Positions 21,898-24,025 of a stretch of 24,025 nucleotides of DNA are shown here, one piece after another; within the stretch, counting starts at the first letter, position 1, and each line of letters starts with the position of its first letter. This stretch comes from a virus (Duplodnaviria > Caudoviricetes): the IMG/VR virus record IMGVR_UViG_3300037510_000187, positions 1 to 24,025 of that record. One strand, written 5' to 3'. A program made the position numbers and the translations under genes. The notes under the pieces are model-generated. The model was given only the letters and a program-made list of their open reading frames with translations, was not told where the DNA came from and ran no database searches.

Positions 21898-22993
21898 AAG
21901 AAGAAAAGAGATCAACCGCCCGTTGCCGGACTACATGCGTCTGCGCGACGGATACTACTCGTGGCGCAATCCCGAAACGGGCATTGAGTATGGCCTTGGA
22001 CGCGATCGCCAAGCCGCAATAAAAGAGGCAATCCAGGCCAACGCGAACCTGACTACCAATCGACGCGGTCTGCTCGATCGCATCAAGGCTGAGCAAGGCA
22101 AGAGCTGGGGTAAGTGGATCGAAATCTATAAGCCCATCCTGCTCGCCGGCAAAGAAGACAAGCCTCTCGCGCCCAACAGCGTGAAAGCCTATAGCCGGGA
22201 ACTTCGGCTTGCCGCATCCATGTTCGATGAGGGCAAAGCCGCCTCGGAGATCACGACCGCGGACATCGTGAACGCGCTCGACAAGCTCACCTCGGCCGGC
22301 AAGTCGAATACGGCGCAAGGAATGCGGTCGCACCTTTACGAATCGTTCCGCGCCATGATCGTGCGGGGCTGGAGACAGGACAACCCGGTTGAGGCTGTCC
22401 CGCACATCGCCTCGCGAGTAAAGCGCTCGCGGCTGTCGTTCGAGATCTTCAAGCGCATTTATGAGGCTGAGACGGTCACTTGGGCCAAGAACGTATATGC
22501 ACTGGCGCTCCTGAGCGGCCAGGCACGAGAGGAATGCGCCTCGGCGAGGTTCAAGGACATCCGGGACAGCGCGTGGTGGTGCGATCGCAAGAAATCTGGC
22601 GCGCGCATAGTCCTGCCGCTCGATCTGAAACTCGACTGCTTGGAGCTGTCGCTCGGGGATGTAGTGAAGCAGTGCCGCTCCACCGGAGTCCTGAGCAAGC
22701 ACCTCATTCACCATACGAAGCGAGTGGGCCGTAAGAAGGTCGGCGACCCAATCGCCCTAGACACCATCAGCATTCACTTCACGGCCACACTGGAGTCGCT
22801 AGGGATCGACTGGGGGGATAAGAAGCCTCCTACCTTCCATGAGATCCGATCGCTGTCAGGTCGGCTCTATAAACAGGAAGGAAAGGTCAACCCGCAGGAA
22901 CTCTTCGGACACTCGGACGAAAAGACCACCGAGATTTACCTAGACGAACGCGACGGGAAGCGCCAGTGGCTCAAAGTGAGCATCAAACCGTGA
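21887..22993 (+). CDS. int: Lambda-type tyrosine integrase
   Basis: Arm-binding domain RRR..NR.LP....R.GYYSWRNP.TG.EYGLGRDR..AI.EAIQAN; PPTFHEIRSLS.RLY; FGH.....T..Y.D.R; start ATG 21887. Confidence 0.95.
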   Translation: MAPRRRKEINRPLPDYMRLRDGYYSWRNPETGIEYGLGRDRQAAIKEAIQANANLTTNRRGLLDRIKAEQGKSWGKWIEIYKPILLAGKEDKPLAPNSVKAYSRELRLAASMFDEGKAASEITTADIVNALDKLTSAGKSNTAQGMRSHLYESFRAMIVRGWRQDNPVEAVPHIASRVKRSRLSFEIFKRIYEAETVTWAKNVYALALLSGQAREECASARFKDIRDSAWWCDRKKSGARIVLPLDLKLDCLELSLGDVVKQCRSTGVLSKHLIHHTKRVGRKKVGDPIALDTISIHFTATLESLGIDWGDKKPPTFHEIRSLSGRLYKQEGKVNPQELFGHSDEKTTEIYLDERDGKRQWLKVSIKP

Positions 22994-23000
22994 CACTGTA

Positions 23001-23150
23001 TTTCGGAGGGGAATGGGAGGGAATGGGAGAACGTGTCATTTTTCCCGGGAAAATATGCCCTCTCGTACACATTGAAAGCATACGCAAAAAGACCGGCTAA
23101 GTGTTTGTCTTTTATTGCAAAAGCGGTCTAATTCGACTCATATTAATAGT
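23001..23150. promoter_or_regulatory. Probable att region (arm-type repeats, palindrome, IHF-like site)
   Basis: GAATGGGAG twice at 10-bp pitch (23011, 23021); palindrome TTTTCCCGGGAAAA (23040-23053); TAAGTGTTTGTCT (23098-23110) is a partial match to IHF YAANNNNTTGATW; AT-rich and non-coding. Confidence 0.6.
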
Positions 23151-23245
23151 GCGAAAACACGTGAACGCGAGTGAAGAAAATCAGATACTTGCTCCTGTAT
23201 ATCGGAGAACACAAGTTCTGAACGGAGCGAGTCTTGACTGAGGTG

Positions 23246-23419
23246 ATGGAAGTTTGGGTCCGTTGCACTGAGTGTCGGCATCAGTGGCACCTGGACAATT
23301 GCCCTGTGGGCGACATGGAGTGTGGGCGATGCCATGCGCCGGGCGGGTTTCTGGAGTTTGCAGAGACGAAGCCCGACTGGTGGATCTCAGCTCCTCAGGA
23401 GGGCGCTGAGCATGTATAG
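23246..23419 (+). CDS. Zn-ribbon microprotein
   Basis: GAGGTG RBS; CTEC...CGRC. Confidence 0.65.
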   Translation: MEVWVRCTECRHQWHLDNCPVGDMECGRCHAPGGFLEFAETKPDWWISAPQEGAEHV

Positions 23420-23478
23420 CAAAGGCACTGAAGACCTCTAGCCATCGCACAACACAGCAAGTCGGAGGGAGTGGAACC

Positions 23479-23676
23479 GTGATCGTCTGGCTTGTCCAGG
23501 GCGGTTATCGCCAAGATGGCGAAGTCTATGGAGTCTTCGCCGACAGAGGCGCGGCAGACGCGGATGCCGAAAGGCGACGTGAAGAATTAGGCGAGCACCG
23601 CCACAACCCAAGCTGGGAGATATCAGTAATCGGGATGGAGCTTCAGGGAGCCGCTCCCCAACACGCCCCGAAGTAG
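23479..23676 (+). CDS. Small phage protein (VWLV..G......VYGVF.....A family)
   Basis: GGAGGGAG RBS; motif typical of small phage accessory genes. Confidence 0.7.
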   Translation: MIVWLVQGGYRQDGEVYGVFADRGAADADAERRREELGEHRHNPSWEISVIGMELQGAAPQHAPK

Positions 23677-23788
23677 TTGCTGCTGCGGCGCGGCTCATTG
23701 CAGGATGAAACGACATAGGCGAACCACGGGTCAGTTTCATCCACCACAGAGGAGAGGGCCTAACGTTGACCTAAGCTTAAAATCGCCG

Positions 23789-23846
23789 TCCCTCCTACGA
23801 GGGAGCCTTAAGGGGGAGCCCGGAGAAATTCAGGCTCCCTTCTTAA
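23789..23846. terminator. Tandem hairpins, possible terminator or structured RNA
   Basis: TCCCTC-CTAC-GAGGGA (23789-23804); TTAAGGGGGAGCC / GGCTCCCTTCTTAA (23808-23846). Confidence 0.45.
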
Positions 23847-24025
23847 TCAGCGAGAAACATCTGTATAGCAAGCCGACACATCACAACAAACATCGCATCC
23901 GCAGCACAGATATTTGCGGATTAAGTCCAAGAAACATTTGTTGCGATTACAAACAATCGCTACATTGAGGTCACAACAATAGGCATGGAGACCATATGTG
24001 CGAGGGTCAGCTTGTCGGAGTGATG

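Larger units (their letters stand above)
1..24025. mobile_element. Lambdoid temperate phage / prophage, early-regulatory-integration region
   Basis: Lambda-like gene order Q-nin-P-O-cII-cro | repressor - cargo - erf - exo - cargo - xis - int; dense small ORFs with ATGA overlaps; no host housekeeping genes. Confidence 0.96.

Noticed and set aside
21728-22714. 328-aa minus-strand ORF
   Set aside because: Antisense shadow of xis/int with no recognisable motif; long antisense frames are expected at this GC content
23001-23030. GAATGGGAG repeat as a CRISPR or telomere-like array
   Set aside because: Only two exact copies with no spacers; position after int fits arm-type sites
23040-23230. tRNA or tmRNA fragment as att core
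   Set aside because: No T-arm (GTTCRA.TC) with acceptor stem or CCA end could be built; core not identified
23705-23968. 87-aa plus-strand ORF
   Set aside because: Runs through several hairpins with no protein-like motif; unsupported
1-24025. Diversity-generating retroelement, retron or CRISPR array
   Set aside because: No reverse transcriptase motif, no ~100-bp template/variable repeat pair and no regularly spaced repeats seen by eye

Overview
The whole window is the early/regulatory half of a lambdoid temperate phage (about 60% GC by eye, probably infecting a proteobacterium), with no host genes visible. A divergent immunity switch sits at about 7.4-8.1 kb: a Cro-like gene, a short HTH-only repressor, CCGAC-N5-GTCGG operators and three apparently leaderless promoters. 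The minus-strand PR arm encodes a CII-like protein, replication initiator with internal ori, P-like loader, small accessory genes, a DUF1064-like nuclease and a Q-like antiterminator, followed by fibronectin-III/beta-sandwich late genes instead of a lysis cassette. The plus-strand PL arm encodes about 35 small cargo genes, ERF + YqaJ recombination genes, DUF1367/DUF1364 genes, a QueF-like + DpdA/TGT-like pair, then xis, int and a probable attP. The most notable observations are: a two-gene 7-deazaguanine-type module with atypical motifs; cargo genes bounded by short shared junction repeats; genes built from modules with shared linker peptides; a candidate FtsZ-tail mimic at the kil position; an integrase with Ala at the lambda R212 position; and structured RNAs hidden in or between ORFs. 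All family calls come from motif recognition by eye; no searches were run.
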